From the human T2T-CHM13v2.0 reference genome, Homo sapiens, in the NCBI RefSeq assembly GCF_009914755.1, contig NC_060928.1: a stretch of 64,000 nt of DNA. One strand, given 5' to 3'. The notes beneath the pieces were generated by a model. That model did no database searches and had not been told where the DNA came from. It saw only the letters and a list, made by a program, of their open reading frames with translations. Shown here piece after piece: positions 59,440-64,000 of this stretch. Position numbers and translations under genes: made by a program. Numbering within the stretch: position 1 is the stretch's first letter; each line of letters begins with the position of its first letter.

Positions 59440-59925
59440 AGCTGCTTGGCGTCAGTTTCCTCATTTGCAGCATGGTATTTATTATTTTATATGTGGTAGT
59501 TGTTAATATTTCTATTCTGTATTCTTTCTTTTCATAATGCTTAAGTTGGAAAAGGGCTTAGAAGCCATGTTTAGCTGTCTTATTTTACAGATAAGGAAGG
59601 CTTATCAAATAAAGTTAATGACACCCCACACCTACCCTCACATACAGGGCTGTTTATGAATTGCAAATAAGAACATCAAGTCTCTGGAGGAAGAGTGCTG
59701 CAGGCATTCAGTCCATGATGTCAAGGACAGTTAACAGCCTTCGCAGAAGTGCTCTCAAGTATTCACCCAAAGTGTTTGCTTTTTAACACTCTGACTTTTC
59801 AAGGAGCACATCTCAAGTTGAGTAGAATTAAAATGATTGACCCTCTCTATTCACTGCATATCAGGTCCTTGTTTTAGGCATTGGGGAAAAAGAAACACAA
59901 TGCCTGCTTTCAAAAAGTTTACATC

Positions 59926-60337
<412 letters not shown>

Positions 60338-62639
60338 TCAACTGATGAAAAATACTACAAAAAACAAAACAAATGATGAGGTGTGAGAGAAAATAACTAA
60401 GGTAGAAAGGTTGCCTAAGATAAGCTAATCAGGAGAGACTTCTTGGAGGAAGTCACATTTGTCTTGCAATCTGAATAATAGGGAGCCAGTCATAAAAAAA
60501 ATTTGGTTAGAGTATTCCAGGCAGTGGGATGATGATGATGACGATGATAATCATAAAATAGCAAATATTTATTGTATGCTTACTATGTGCCAGCTTTATC
60601 GTGAACACTTTTCTGGTACTATTTTATTTAATGCTCTCAATTACTCATTGAGATAAGAGGCTATTATTATCCCTGTTTTATTGGTGAGGAAATTGAGGCA
60701 CAGAAATGGTAGGCAACTGCCCAAGGCTCTACAGCTAGTTAAGGATCCTGATGCAGCAAGTACAAAGTCCCTGGCATGATAAGAAACTTGGTATGTTGGA
60801 AAAGCAAAAATCAGGCCAGAAGTTGGGGGCAGGGAGCACTGGAGCTTCAAGGAGATGAAGTTGGAGAGGCTAGATCCCGTAAGGTCTTGCAGGCCAAGCT
60901 AAGTATTTTGGATTTCATTTGGAGTGCAGTGGGCTGTCACCAGATGATTTTCAGCAAAGGAATGGTTTTAAGGTTCTCCTTCGAGGAGTGACACAGCTTG
61001 ATCTACATTTTTTAAATATATGTGCTGACATTAGCATAGGGATAAGAGCCTGGGTGATAAAGGGTGGCCTTGAAACCTGGGATTTTGAAGTCTCAGATCA
61101 ACAGGGATGGGAGTTATCGTGGAATGAGTCCAGGAGGGTTTTTGATCCCATTATGCTTAAGCCCTGAGTAGTTTTTGGTGTTCTCGATCCATTGCATCTG
61201 TGGGCAATTCGGCAAAAAAAAAAAAAGCCTGGTCATCTCAGTAGAAATGACTTCAATCCAGGTCTTTGATCCAGATCTCTTAGGAGGTAACATTTTTGCA
61301 GCATGATAGTGAGGAAGGCACTAGGTCAACATGGGATGTAATCCCAGCCTGGCGGTTTACCTTCTGCATGAAGTTAGATGAGTCCCAGGACCTTTCTGAG
61401 CCTCAGTTTCTTTTTCTGTAAAACTAGGCCATTAACACCTCCCTCTCAAATGTCTATTTAGGATTAAATGAAGCCAACTTTGTGCCTTGCCCTGGTAGGA
61501 CTCCAAGATACTAGTTCACTGCCCTTTCTTCTCCATTGAGAGGTATGTGGTGGACACTTTTTAAATTATATTTGTTTTCTCTTAATTATGGTAAACACTT
61601 ATAGCTGTTCCCAAATTCATTATCTAGATCAAGACCAGGGACATTAGGTTCATATGCCTTCTTCTCTTTCACATATTTGTTTATTACTACCTATAGTGTG
61701 CCTTAAACTCTGCTAGGGACAGACGATGAGGCCATAGAATCTACAGTAATAGTTGCTGTCTTTAAAGAACTTGAGTTTTCTGTATTCAGCAAGATGGTAC
61801 CTGGGCAAAGTGGAAGAGTGATCAGAGACCAGCCACAGAGAAGGGTGTTGACTGAGTTCACTAAGCAGTGAAGCCCGCCAGTTCCTTTTCTGATTTCAGG
61901 CTACTTCCCTGCCTATGCCTTAAATCAAAAATAAATTCAAACAACTCCCTTCATGCTTTGCCCTCCCCATTTTCCTGATATACTGTTTTTTTTGTTTTTG
62001 TTTTTTAACCATTCTAGACAATTGGGAAGACTGTTTCCTGGGAGCAACAGATCTGAGCTCCATCTGCACTTAACTTGCAATCCCTCGGCTTTCCCTTAGA
62101 CTGACTGCCAATTTCCCACCTTACCGTCTGTCTTGACTTTCAGTGTCTTGTTAAACAATTTCTTTCTCTTTCTCTAGTGCCTGAGACTGGGAAATTACTT
62201 TCTTTAATCTAGGCCCTATTTGTACACTTAAGGCCAAAAATTTTGGCGGCATCTGTAGCTCTGAAATTGTTTTCAGTTAGAATTGCTCTGCTGAAATACT
62301 GTTTTTGTTTATTTTGTATATATATGTATTTGTTGTTTTGTATATATATGTGTGTGTGTGTATTTTTTTTAATGTGCTGATAGTCATTTTCTTTGGCCTG
62401 ACTTCAGAAATCACTGATTTCTAGACACTGACCTGTCTGTAACTTATGGTTATTCACTTCTTTAAGAGTTAACTGCATTAATTCCCTTATCATGTAGTCA
62501 TATGTACTACTTTTCTATCTCCAAATGCAATTAAAAGTGCCCTTCGGGTGTTCCAAGTTTTAATCATTCTCTGTGTGCCGCATTCCCATGGCTCCAAAGG
62601 GCTTTCTCTGCCTCCTCTCAGATGGGGCCTTTCTCCAAG

Positions 62640-62703
62640 AAAGAGGAGGCGGAGGGGAAAAGAAGGAGGAGGAGGAGAAGGTGAAGGAGGAGGAAGGGAA
62701 AAG
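62640..62703. repeat. GA-rich/(GGA)n low-complexity tract
   Basis: gaggaggaggagaagg runs. Confidence 0.8.
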
Positions 62704-64000
62704 TAAGACTGAGATCTGACAGCTTTGTTTCAGAGGCCGAATCCTCACCTTCTCTAAAGCACTGTCTCTCCTTTATGGGCCCATGCCAGGGTTCCAGTTC
62801 TCAACCCCACGGTGGAGTGGTGTAGCAGCTTCTAAGAACAAGCCAGGCCTGAGCCCAGGAAAACGTTGCTGCGGGATCGGCTTTGTGGCCTTAGGCATTG
62901 ATGGATTTGTATGTGTAAAAATGGGGATAATGATACTTATCATTCCATTAGGTGCATATAGTTCCTAATATATATATAGAGGGAACTAATGGTATTATGA
63001 TAATTGTTATTCTGGTGGGTCCTTGGGGACAACGGAGCTGGTTTCTGAATCAGACTCATGTTACAGAGCTCAATGCTGGTCCTTTCCAAACTGCCTGTGA
63101 CACGTGCTCCTCCAGCCTTAGACTAGTGGCCACTTGCCATATGAGCTCGATAAACCTTGAATTGGTCTATATCCCAGTCAATGAGATGAGTCATGCACTC
63201 CCAGTCAATGAGATGAGTCCACTGGTCATGCACTATCAGTCTACCTGACAATGCCGAACAGTTATAGTAGTCTTAAAGTTCTTATTCTCATTTTCTGAAC
63301 TCATGACAGATTGGTACCAGACAGTTTAAAAGCCAGCAGTGACCCATGGGCCACACTTTGAATAGCAGCTTTTATGCTTAAGTCTTTTGAGGATTTATAG
63401 TATCCTGGGCATTGAGTGAGGCATAGGAGATTTTCTGGTGTGGCTTCTGCCTCCTCAGAACGTCAGGGCTTAATGAGGGTTTCTTGCGGCTCTGTCAGAA
63501 TGCATGAATGGTGAATGGTATACCTGGATTCCAGCCTACTGTGACTACCAGTAACTACGGGTCATCTCAGTCTCTGAGCAGGGATTCCTGTTTCATCCTC
63601 AGGCTTGGCTTGCCATTTAGGTGGAAAAGGGGGTTGAATTGTAATGCCTTCTCCTGTCATGTAACCAAGGGAAGTACCCTGGCTGGGAGTCAAAACCTCA
63701 CAAAAATAAGAAACAAAAAACCTCGGCCGGATTCCAAATGCTGACTTCAGCCACACTCATTCTGCTGCAGGCCACTTTATGTCATTCTGATGGAGGTCAT
63801 TTTCCAAAGCGAATTGCCCAATTCTTTTAGGCACTGGACTATACTCCTGTTGCTATCAGCGGAGGCTACATGCAGGGACCAATGTTCTTTAAAGTATAAC
63901 AATAACAACAACGAAAATCTTCATTCACTTGGGAAATTAAAGGCACAGGATCAAAAACCACTACTGTGAAATCTAAATGCTCTCACACTCAGTTGATGAT

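Overview
Primate (human-like/hominoid) genomic DNA, not a prokaryotic accessory region. The only host coding sequence I can support is one 124-bp internal exon of LDB2 (LIM domain binding 2 / CLIM1) on the minus strand at 1735-1858. The rest of the window to its right appears to be the large upstream intron of that gene. It is filled with interspersed repeats: a full-length but inactivated L1PA3/4-type LINE-1 (46842-53006, antisense to the host gene), a 5'-inverted (twin-primed) L1, older L1 fragments, about nine Alus, MaLR/ERVL/ERV1 solo LTRs, MER DNA transposons, MIR/L2 relics and microsatellites. Nearly all listed ORFs are repeat-derived or chance ORFs. I found no evidence of a new multi-gene system. 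The features most worth follow-up are: a perfect 35-bp inverted repeat built on ancient MIR sequence; an L1 antisense promoter/ORF0 pointing at the LDB2 exon, in an L1 that retains the ZNF93-bound segment; a MADE1 split by an L1 that itself holds an apparently older L1 piece with TSDs; and a perfect 3x47-bp tandem repeat inside an old Tigger-family element. Repeat subfamily names come from recalled consensus sequences, not a database search, and repeat boundaries are approximate unless TSDs are quoted.
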